Shown here: piece after piece, positions 56,158-64,000 of the stretch
Numbering within the stretch: the first letter of the stretch is position 1
Layout: each line of letters opens with the position of its first letter
Assembly: GCA_045653805.1 (NCBI GenBank)
Contig: JAZOMF010000094.1
Span: 7,438 to 71,437 of the forward strand
Source: Eubacteriales bacterium
GTDB taxonomy: Bacteria > Bacillota > Clostridia > Oscillospirales > CAG-272
Length of the DNA: 64,000 nt
Direction: 5' to 3'
The notes under the pieces: generated by a model
What the model saw: only the letters and a program-made list of their open reading frames with translations
Database searches by the model: none
What the model was told of the DNA's origin: nothing
Position numbers and translations under genes: made by a program

Positions 56158-58485
56158 ATGGCAAATTTAGTAATCATGGAGTCACCCTCCAAGGCAAACA
56201 CAGTAAAGAGCTATCTTGGCTCAAATTATAAGGTGATCGCATCGGTAGGACACATTCGTGACCTGCCCAAGTCCACTCTCGGCGTTGACATTGAGAATGG
56301 TTTTGCGGCGCATTACATCAACATCCGCGGCAAGGGTGACGTTATCAAGGAGATCAAGAAGGAAGCAAAGAATGCAAATAAGATATTCCTCGCAACCGAC
56401 CCTGACCGCGAAGGCGAAGCTATATCTTGGCATCTTGCCACCGCTCTCGGTATTCCGCTTGAAAAGACCCAGAGAGTTGAGTTCCACGAAATTACCAAGA
56501 ACGTAGTTAAGGCGGCTATCAAAAAGCCCAGAAATATCGACATGAGCTTGGTTGATGCTCAGCAGGCAAGAAGAATTCTTGACCGTATCGTGGGCTATAA
56601 GATCTCCCCCCTGCTTTGGAAGAACGTCAAGAGCGGTCTGAGTGCGGGAAGAGTGCAGTCTGTTGCTACCAGAATCATCGTTGAGAGAGAAGAAGAAATC
56701 AAGAACTTCGTTCCAGTTGAGTATTGGACTATCGAAGTCGCTCTTTCTTCCGGTGAGAACAAGAACTTTACGGTTCGTTTCTTTGGCGACGAGAACGGCA
56801 AGATCGAGCTTGCTTGCGAGAAGGATGCCATGGCGGTTGTTGAGGCGGTGAGTGGCAAGCCCTTTACCGTAAAGGCGGTTAAGAGATCTATCCGTCACAA
56901 GGCCCCCCAGCCTCCTTTTACCACCTCCACTCTTCAGCAGGAGGGTTATAAGAAGCTTGGCTTCCAGTCCCAGAGAACCATGAGAACCGCGCAGGAGCTT
57001 TACGAAGGTATCAACCTCGGAAGCGAGAACGGCGGCGTACAGGGTCTTATTACCTACATGCGTACCGACTCTCTCCGTATCTCCGCAGAGGCGCAGGATG
57101 CGGCAAGAGCTTATATTGCAGACAAGTTCGGTGATAAGTACAACACCGCAGAGCCCAGAGTATTCAGATCCAAGTCGGGTATTCAGGACGCGCACGAGGC
57201 GATCCGTCCCTCTAACGTCAACCTTGAGCCCAAGAAGATAAAGTCTTACCTTACAAACGACCAGTATAAGCTCTATAAGCTTATCTGGGATAGATTCTTG
57301 GCAAGTCAGATGGAATCTGCAGAGCTTGCTACTCTCAATGTAGACGTTGAGTCTGCAGGATACATCTTCCGCACCGGCGGATATACCGTTACCTTCCAGG
57401 GTTATATGGCGGTATATGAGGAGAGCGTTGACGAGAGCGCTAATGACGTTGAAGAGCAGAAGAACGCAAAGATCCCCGAGCTTTGCGAGGGTGAGAAACT
57501 GGATAGCGATCATATCGACCCCACCAAGCACTTTACCGAGCCTCCCCCCAGATTCAACGAAGGTTCTCTTGTTAAGTTCCTTGAGGAAAAGGGAATCGGT
57601 CGCCCCAGTACTTTTGAGTCTACAATTACTACAATCACTTCGAGAAACTATGTAAAGCGAGAGGGCAAGAACAAGGTTCTCGTTCCTACTCCTCTCGGAG
57701 AAATTACTACCAAGCTTATGTGCGAGAACTTTGATAGCATCGTAGACTACGAGTTCACTGCTGAAATGGAAAATAAGCTTGACGCCATTGAAAAGAGCGA
57801 GCAGAGTCTTAACGGAGTTCTGGAGGAATTCTGGGCTGACTTCTCCAAGCAGCTTGAGGTTGCACAGGAGAAGCTTGCGGAGGCTAATATTGAGCTTCCC
57901 GTTGAGGAGACCGACATCGAGTGTGAAAAGTGCGGTAGCCGTATGGTAGTTAAGAACGGACGCTTCGGTAAGTTTGCCGCGTGCCCTAACTACCCCAGAT
58001 GCCGTAATACCAAGCCTTTGACCGCTACCAAGCCCGAGGATGAGGTTGATGTCGAGGAGACACCGGCAGAGGAAAAGAAGGAGAACGAGAAGAAACTTAT
58101 CGTTGCAGACTTTAAGTGCGAGAAGTGTGGAGCAGATATGGTGCTTCGTACAGGTCGTTTTGGAAGCTTCTATGCTTGTGTAAACTACCCCGCTTGTAAG
58201 AACACCAAGCAGAAGACTAAAGAGATTGGCGTTCCTTGTCCCGAGTGCGGCGCAAAGATAGTAACCAGATATAGCAGAAGCAAGACCGCCTTCTACGGTT
58301 GTGAGAGATACCCCGAGTGCAAATTCTCCTCTTGGGATATGCCCATGGAGAAGAAGTGCCCTGATTGCGGTAAGAACCTCTTCCACAAGAAGGGTAAGCC
58401 TCAGCTTATCTGCCACGATGAAAAATGCGGATATTCCGAGCCCTACGTCGCTCCCGAAAAGAACGATGAGGCAGAGGAAAACTGA
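56158..58485 (+). CDS. topA: Type IA DNA topoisomerase I
   Basis: ESPSKA, ATDPDREGEAI, SAGRVQS, ITYMRTDS, GIGRPST, C-terminal zinc ribbons. Confidence 0.98.
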   Translation: MANLVIMESPSKANTVKSYLGSNYKVIASVGHIRDLPKSTLGVDIENGFAAHYINIRGKGDVIKEIKKEAKNANKIFLATDPDREGEAISWHLATALGIPLEKTQRVEFHEITKNVVKAAIKKPRNIDMSLVDAQQARRILDRIVGYKISPLLWKNVKSGLSAGRVQSVATRIIVEREEEIKNFVPVEYWTIEVALSSGENKNFTVRFFGDENGKIELACEKDAMAVVEAVSGKPFTVKAVKRSIRHKAPQPPFTTSTLQQEGYKKLGFQSQRTMRTAQELYEGINLGSENGGVQGLITYMRTDSLRISAEAQDAARAYIADKFGDKYNTAEPRVFRSKSGIQDAHEAIRPSNVNLEPKKIKSYLTNDQYKLYKLIWDRFLASQMESAELATLNVDVESAGYIFRTGGYTVTFQGYMAVYEESVDESANDVEEQKNAKIPELCEGEKLDSDHIDPTKHFTEPPPRFNEGSLVKFLEEKGIGRPSTFESTITTITSRNYVKREGKNKVLVPTPLGEITTKLMCENFDSIVDYEFTAEMENKLDAIEKSEQSLNGVLEEFWADFSKQLEVAQEKLAEANIELPVEETDIECEKCGSRMVVKNGRFGKFAACPNYPRCRNTKPLTATKPEDEVDVEETPAEEKKENEKKLIVADFKCEKCGADMVLRTGRFGSFYACVNYPACKNTKQKTKEIGVPCPECGAKIVTRYSRSKTAFYGCERYPECKFSSWDMPMEKKCPDCGKNLFHKKGKPQLICHDEKCGYSEPYVAPEKNDEAEEN

Positions 58486-58491
58486 TAAAAT

Positions 58492-59880
58492 ATGGAAAAC
58501 GTTAAAGTAATAAACGTCTTGGGTGCAGGTCTGGCAGGCTGTGAGGCCGCTTGGCAGATAGCAAAGCGAGGCTTGCACGTAAGACTTTTTGAAATGAAGC
58601 CCAAGAAATACACCCCTGCACACCATAGCGAGGGCTTTGCGGAGCTTGTCTGCTCCAACTCTCTTCGTAGTGACAGAGTGACCAACGGTGTTGGACTTCT
58701 CAAGGAGGAACTTTACCGTCTTGACTCTCTCATTATGGAGGCGGCATATGCAACTCGCGTTCCCGCAGGCTCGGCTCTTGCGGTTGACAGAGATCTTTTC
58801 TCGGCTTATATAACAGAAAAAATAAAGAATCATCCTAATATCGAGATAATCGAGGAAGAGGTGTGCTCTGTTGAGGAGGGTATCATCACCGTTATTGCAA
58901 CCGGTCCTCTTACCAGCTCCCCTATGGCGGAATATATCGAGAAGAAGCTTGGCCTTGCAGGGCTGCACTTCTTTGATGCCGCCGCTCCCATCGTGGATGC
59001 AAGCTCGCTTAATATGGACGTGGTATACGCCGCGTCGAGATATGACAAGGGAGATGCTGACTATCTCAACTGTCCCATGACACGCGAGCAGTATGATGCC
59101 TTTTATACCGAGCTTATCACCGCTCGTGAGGCGGAGCTTAAGGACTTCGACCGCGAGATGCAAAAGGAATTAAAGGTGTTTGAGGGATGTATGCCCGTTG
59201 AGGTCATGGCAAAGAGAGGATATGACACTCTGCGCTACGGACCTCTCAAGCCCGTAGGTCTTGTGGATAAGAGAACAGGCAAAGAGTCCTTTGCCGTTGT
59301 TCAGCTCCGTAAGGAGAATGCAGAAGGAACTATGTATAATCTCGTGGGCTTCCAGACCCACCTGACCTTCCCCGAGCAGAAGAGAGTTTTCTCAATGATC
59401 CCCGGACTTGAAAACGCCGACTTCTTGCGCTACGGTATTATGCACCGCAACACTTATATTGATTCTCCCAAGTATCTTGATGCGGATTACTCGCTCCGAA
59501 CTAACCCCAATATCTATTTTGCGGGACAGATGACCGGAGTTGAGGGATATATCGAGTCGGCAGGCTCGGGATTCGTTGCAGGTATCAACGCTGCTATGAA
59601 GGCACTTGGCGAGGAAAAGGTAATATTCCCCCAGACCACAATGCTGGGCGCGATGGCGCAGTATATCAGCACGGGAAGCCTTAGCGGCAATTTCGTTCCC
59701 ATGAACGCAAATTTCGGCATCGTTGAGCCTCTTGGATATAGAGTTAAGGGCGGTAAGGTCGCAAAGTATGAGGTGATTGCCAAGAGAGCTCTTGAGGTGA
59801 TTCCCGAGTTTGGAGCGCGACTTGGCGCAGAAAATTACAAAAAGAGAGCGGAGGAGTGCGAAAATGCGGATAATAGTTGA
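58492..59880 (+). CDS. trmFO: tRNA (uracil-5)-methyltransferase TrmFO
   Basis: [40 protein letters not shown]. Confidence 0.97.
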   Translation: MENVKVINVLGAGLAGCEAAWQIAKRGLHVRLFEMKPKKYTPAHHSEGFAELVCSNSLRSDRVTNGVGLLKEELYRLDSLIMEAAYATRVPAGSALAVDRDLFSAYITEKIKNHPNIEIIEEEVCSVEEGIITVIATGPLTSSPMAEYIEKKLGLAGLHFFDAAAPIVDASSLNMDVVYAASRYDKGDADYLNCPMTREQYDAFYTELITAREAELKDFDREMQKELKVFEGCMPVEVMAKRGYDTLRYGPLKPVGLVDKRTGKESFAVVQLRKENAEGTMYNLVGFQTHLTFPEQKRVFSMIPGLENADFLRYGIMHRNTYIDSPKYLDADYSLRTNPNIYFAGQMTGVEGYIESAGSGFVAGINAAMKALGEEKVIFPQTTMLGAMAQYISTGSLSGNFVPMNANFGIVEPLGYRVKGGKVAKYEVIAKRALEVIPEFGARLGAENYKKRAEECENADNS

Positions 59881-60913
59881 CGTAATGAGCGGAGATAAAG
59901 CTCCTCTTGAGATGCTTTTGGGCGTTGCGCAGGCATCTGAACAGAGCTTTGCAAATGGCGTTGATTTTACCATCGTAGGTGACGAGAGCATTATCAAAAG
60001 CCTTGCCGCAGAACATAAAATTGACATTTCAAAATATGATATAAAGCATACCGACATAGTTCTTACTATGGAGGACGAGCCCCAGATGATCATGAAGGAG
60101 AAGAAAAACTCTTCCATGGGCCTGGGACTTCAGCTCCTGGCAGCCGGCGAGGGCGATGCATTCGTCAGCGCAGGCAACACAGGTGCGCTCTTCAGCGGCT
60201 CGTCGCTGATAGTTAAGAGACTTCCCGGTATTCAGAGAGCGGGAATTGGTGCGATAATCCCCTTGACCAATCCTATGATCCTTCTTGATTCGGGAGCAAG
60301 CGTGCGCCCCAACGAGGATTATATGGTGGGCTTTGCGGTAATGGGTAGCGCTTATATGAGGGCGATCTACGGAGTTGACAGTCCCAAAGTGGGTCTTCTC
60401 AACAACGGCACCGAGGAGCACAAGGGCACCGAGCTTCAGCAGGCGGCATACGTTAAGCTGAAGGAAAGCAAGCTTATCAACTTTATTGGCAACGTAGAGG
60501 GCAACTCTATGGTGCTTGGCGGTTGTGACGTAGCTGTAGCCGACGGGTTTACGGGCAACGTGGTGCTCAAGAGTATCGAGGGCATGGGTAAGCTTTTGTC
60601 CGGCGAACTCAAGGCTATGTTCAAGGGCGGATTTGGCGGCATCCTCGCTTATCTGCTGGTTAAGAAAAAGCTTAAGAATTTCAAAAAGAGATTTGATGCA
60701 AAGGAGCACGGCGGAGCACCCATACTCGGTCTGAAGAAGACTGTAATCAAGGCACACGGCTCGTCCGATGCCAAGGCGTTTTCGAATGCTATCCGTCAGG
60801 CGATTAACTGCTACAATAGCGGTGTCGTTGACATCATCGCTGCAGAGGCGACAAAAATGGCAGAGGAAAGAGCTGCCGCGCAAAAGCTTGCCGAGGAAAC
60901 GGCGGCTGAATAA
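59864..60913 (+). CDS. plsX: Phosphate acyltransferase PlsX
   Basis: [45 protein letters not shown]. Confidence 0.96.
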   Translation: MRIIVDVMSGDKAPLEMLLGVAQASEQSFANGVDFTIVGDESIIKSLAAEHKIDISKYDIKHTDIVLTMEDEPQMIMKEKKNSSMGLGLQLLAAGEGDAFVSAGNTGALFSGSSLIVKRLPGIQRAGIGAIIPLTNPMILLDSGASVRPNEDYMVGFAVMGSAYMRAIYGVDSPKVGLLNNGTEEHKGTELQQAAYVKLKESKLINFIGNVEGNSMVLGGCDVAVADGFTGNVVLKSIEGMGKLLSGELKAMFKGGFGGILAYLLVKKKLKNFKKRFDAKEHGGAPILGLKKTVIKAHGSSDAKAFSNAIRQAINCYNSGVVDIIAAEATKMAEERAAAQKLAEETAAE

Positions 60914-60942
60914 TCATAAAAGGATTTTTGGGAGGAGATAAT

Positions 60943-61680
60943 ATGACTGTCAAAGGTCAAAGCGGAAGACAGGCACTTGAAGCGGCGATTGGCTATCAAT
61001 TCAAGGACGGAGGTCTGCTTACCAGAGCCCTTACTCATTCTTCATATTCAAATGAGTCGGGACTTAAAAATCATCATATGTATTGCAACGAGAGGCTGGA
61101 ATTTTTGGGAGACAGTGTGCTTTCACTCATTACCAGTAACTATCTCTATGCCAAATTCTCGGATTGCCCCGAGGGTGAGCTTACGAGAATGAGAGCTGAG
61201 GTGGTTTGCGAGAGAGCACTTTCAGACTATGCCAACACCATAGGTCTTGGCAAATATCTTCTTCTTGGAATCGGTGAGGAAAAAAACAACGGAAGACAGC
61301 GCAAGAGCATCTTGGCAGATGCTTTCGAGGCGCTTTTGGCGGCAATCTATCTCGATGCAGGCGAGTACGGTATGGCTACCGTTGAAAAATTCCTGCTCCC
61401 ATTTATTGTGAATGAGATTGAGAGCATTGGTAATAGCAAGGGCTTTTCGGGTGACCCCAAGAGCCTGCTCCAGCAGTTTGTTCAGCAGGCGGAGGGAGAT
61501 TTCCTTGAATACGTTGTTGTGGGTCAAAGCGGCCCCGACCACATGAAGTCCTTTAAGGTTGAAGCGAGACTTAACTCCAACGTTATCGGTCGCGGACAGG
61601 GAAGAAGCAAGAGAGAGGCAGAGCAGAATGCCGCAAGAGAGGCGCTGGAGCTTTTCAGCGTTATTCCTCACGAGGAATAA
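60943..61680 (+). CDS. rnc: Ribonuclease III
   Basis: ALTHSS, NERLEFLGDSVL, ADAFEALL, dsRBD SKREAEQNAA. Confidence 0.98.
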   Translation: MTVKGQSGRQALEAAIGYQFKDGGLLTRALTHSSYSNESGLKNHHMYCNERLEFLGDSVLSLITSNYLYAKFSDCPEGELTRMRAEVVCERALSDYANTIGLGKYLLLGIGEEKNNGRQRKSILADAFEALLAAIYLDAGEYGMATVEKFLLPFIVNEIESIGNSKGFSGDPKSLLQQFVQQAEGDFLEYVVVGQSGPDHMKSFKVEARLNSNVIGRGQGRSKREAEQNAAREALELFSVIPHEE

Positions 61681-61692
61681 TACCGTTTGAAA

Positions 61693-62745
61693 ATGAGCAA
61701 GATCAAACATAGAAACATTCCTATATTCATCCCTCACCTCGGTTGCCCCAACATGTGCGTTTTTTGTAATCAACGCTCAATTTCGGGAAAGCAGAGCTTT
61801 TGTCGCGAAAATGTGGTGAGGGAGATTGAGGAAGCACTTGTAACCATCCCACAGGATTGCGAGGTTGAGATAGCATATTTCGGCGGCTCTTTTACTGGAA
61901 TCGACCGTGAGCTGATGATATATCTGCTTGACGTTGCCAAATCTTACGTTGATAATCCGCGAGAGGAATGCGCGAAGGTTTTGGGAATCCGAATGTCCAC
62001 ACGCCCCGATTATATAAACGGAGAGATAATGGAGATCCTCTCCCGCTATCCCGTAAAAACCGTGGAGTTGGGACTCCAAAGCATGGATGACGGTGTTTTG
62101 CAGCTTTCAAAACGCGGACACGATGCGCTTCAAGCCGAAAATGCTTGTAAAATGATAAAAAACGCAGGATATGAGCTTATAGGTCAGATGATGATAGGTC
62201 TGCCGGGCTCAAGTCTTGAAAAAGAGCTTGCAACGGCGCTCAAGATATGTGAAATGGGTGCTGACGGAGCAAGAATTTATCCCACGGTCACATTTTTTGA
62301 AACCGAGCTTGCCAAAATGGCGGAGAGAGGCAAATACGAAATGCTTGATACCGAGGACGCTATCATTCGCTCCAAGGAGGTCTTGAAAATATTCAAGAGC
62401 CGGGGAGTGGAGTGTATCCGAATAGGTCTTTGCGCCAGTGATAATCTGGGTGACCTTCAAAAAGTGATGGGTGGAGCAAATCATCCCGCCCTCGGCGAGC
62501 TTGTGCTTGGTGAGGAGAGGTATGACCTTATCCGCGAGGTGATGCTTGAAAAAAGCAAAAAGGACAGCCTTTCGGGCAAGACCGTAATTTTGACCGTGCC
62601 GCAGGGAGAGACCTCAATATCGGTAGGTCAAAAGGGCAAAAACAAAAAGCGAATTATTGAAGAATTTGATCTGAAAGATCTAAAAATAAAAGAAAATTCA
62701 CATAAAACGGACAGTGTTTTCTGTGAGATAAAGACGGAGGTATAA
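61693..62745 (+). CDS. Elp3/YhcC-like radical SAM protein
   Basis: IFIPHLGCPNMCVFC (CxxxCxxC), YFGGSFT, STRPD, ELGLQS; usual rnc-smc neighbourhood. Confidence 0.9.
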   Translation: MSKIKHRNIPIFIPHLGCPNMCVFCNQRSISGKQSFCRENVVREIEEALVTIPQDCEVEIAYFGGSFTGIDRELMIYLLDVAKSYVDNPREECAKVLGIRMSTRPDYINGEIMEILSRYPVKTVELGLQSMDDGVLQLSKRGHDALQAENACKMIKNAGYELIGQMMIGLPGSSLEKELATALKICEMGADGARIYPTVTFFETELAKMAERGKYEMLDTEDAIIRSKEVLKIFKSRGVECIRIGLCASDNLGDLQKVMGGANHPALGELVLGEERYDLIREVMLEKSKKDSLSGKTVILTVPQGETSISVGQKGKNKKRIIEEFDLKDLKIKENSHKTDSVFCEIKTEV

Positions 62746-62747
62746 AA

Positions 62748-64000
62748 TTGTATCTTAAGTCAATAGAATTACAGGGCTTTAAGTCCTTCCCAGATAAAAC
62801 GAAGCTGGTCTTTGATGCGTCGGGAGAGGAGACGGGAACAGGCGTTACCGTTATCGTAGGCCCTAACGGAAGTGGAAAATCAAATATTGCCGACGCTATG
62901 CGCTGGGTTTTGGGTGAAATTTCCTCCAAAACTCTTCGAGGTACCAAGATGGAGGATGTTATCTTCGGCGGTGCGGATAGCCGCAAGCCCATGGGATACG
63001 CCGAGGTGTCTGTCACCTTTGACAATACCGTTGGTCCTACACGCTTGGAATGTCCTTACGACGAGGTAACCGTAACTCGCCGTTATTTCCGTGCGGGCGA
63101 GAGCGAATATTACATAAATCGCCGCGCAGTAAGACTTCGCGACATCTACGAGCTTTTCCTCAATACCGGTATCGGACGTGACGGTTATTCCATAATCGGT
63201 CAGGGTAGAATTGCCGATATGGTGTCGAGAAAGAGCGAGGATAGACGTGACATCTTTGAGGATGCGTCGGGAATTGCAAAATTCAGACACAAGAAGAGCG
63301 AGGCGGAGCGAAAGCTGAAGCAGACCGAGGAGAATATGGTTCGTATCAATGACATATTTACCGAGGTGGCGTCCCAGGTAGGCCCTCTTGAAAAGGAGAG
63401 CGAAAAGGCAAAGAGAGCGATAGAGCTGCTTGAGGTCAAGAAAAAGGTTGATGTAAGCCTCTGGCTTTTTGACACCGAAAAGTACCGCGCCGACATCTCT
63501 GCCGCAGAGGAAGCTCTCCGTCGCTCAGAATTCGACCTCAAAAACGCCGAGGACTCTATGCAGTCGCTGGACGCCAGAAATGCAAAGCTTTATGAGGCGA
63601 GCCAAAACGGAAAGATTGCACAGTCCCAGATACTTAATCTTATCAAGGAGCAGACAAGCGAGATATTCAAGCTTGACAGTGAGTTTAGAGTTAACGAGAC
63701 CAATATCCGCCACACCGACGAGATGATCGAGAGCGCAAAGCAGACCTTGGGCAGTGCAGAGAGAAGCCTTGCTGAGGAGAAGATCAAGGAAAAGGCGCAG
63801 GGCGATAAGATCGAGGCTCTTGAAAAAACTCTTGGCGAGACAAATAATCGTCTTGAAGAGATCGAGGACTCTATCTTTGATGAAAAGTGCAAGATAGATC
63901 AACTGAATAAGGACATCGACACTGCATTTGCTGACATTAAGGCGGCAGAGGAAGCGGCAGTTGACATCAAGGTTCGTATCTCGGTTCTTGAAAACTCCAG
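62748..64000 (+). CDS. smc: Chromosome segregation protein SMC, 3' truncated by the window edge (absent from the ORF track)
   Basis: TTG start after SD GGAGGT; YLKSIELQGFKSF, VGPNGSGKSNI, WVLGE, IIGQG, then coiled coil. Confidence 0.97.
   Translation, partial: MYLKSIELQGFKSFPDKTKLVFDASGEETGTGVTVIVGPNGSGKSNIADAMRWVLGEISSKTLRGTKMEDVIFGGADSRKPMGYAEVSVTFDNTVGPTRLECPYDEVTVTRRYFRAGESEYYINRRAVRLRDIYELFLNTGIGRDGYSIIGQGRIADMVSRKSEDRRDIFEDASGIAKFRHKKSEAERKLKQTEENMVRINDIFTEVASQVGPLEKESEKAKRAIELLEVKKKVDVSLWLFDTEKYRADISAAEEALRRSEFDLKNAEDSMQSLDARNAKLYEASQNGKIAQSQILNLIKEQTSEIFKLDSEFRVNETNIRHTDEMIESAKQTLGSAERSLAEEKIKEKAQGDKIEALEKTLGETNNRLEEIEDSIFDEKCKIDQLNKDIDTAFADIKAAEEAAVDIKVRISVLENS

Noticed and set aside
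56221-59163. 980-aa antisense ORF over topA/trmFO, and similar long shadows at 21944-23425, 23565-25289, 28409-29575 and 39207-40922
   Set aside because: Each mirrors a well-conserved sense gene. Avoidance of TTA/CTA/TCA codons in strongly biased genes removes antisense stops, and the products show no motifs or SD.

Overview
Chromosomal window from a spore-forming Bacillota (Clostridia-like) bacterium; spo0A, ytfJ and a DacB/DacF-type gene are present. Most of it is core genome: rpsT, prfB, trmK, rlmD, asd, recA-recX, prmC, ddl, rluB-dac-ytfJ-scpB-scpA, lon-engB, infC-rpmI-rplT, dprA-topA-trmFO-plsX-rnc-smc. It also holds one tRNA-Ser(UGA), a yybP-ykoY (Mn2+) riboswitch and an L20 leader. No CRISPR array, prophage, reverse transcriptase or recognisable defence system was seen. 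The most unusual feature is a 969-bp element (19970-20938) encoding a REP-associated tyrosine transposase (RAYT). It has composite inverted arms (11-bp box, 16-nt spacer, 10-bp box, GTAG REP, second hairpin) and two further identical REPs read in frame inside its own gene, bracketing the HUH motif. Other leads: an Asp-rich 25-aa leader peptide plus terminator ahead of a CorC/CNNM-type gene (candidate Mg2+-sensing attenuator); two copies of an intergenic hairpin element with invariant boxes but covarying stems; a candidate sRNA between lon and infC; a structured tRNA-Ser leader repeating parts of the tRNA; a relic integration scar duplicating the rlmD 3' end; a YwaF/TMEM164-GDPD fusion; and an ECF sigma paired with a membrane M23 peptidase. 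All calls come from reading the sequence by eye, with no database searches or folding software.
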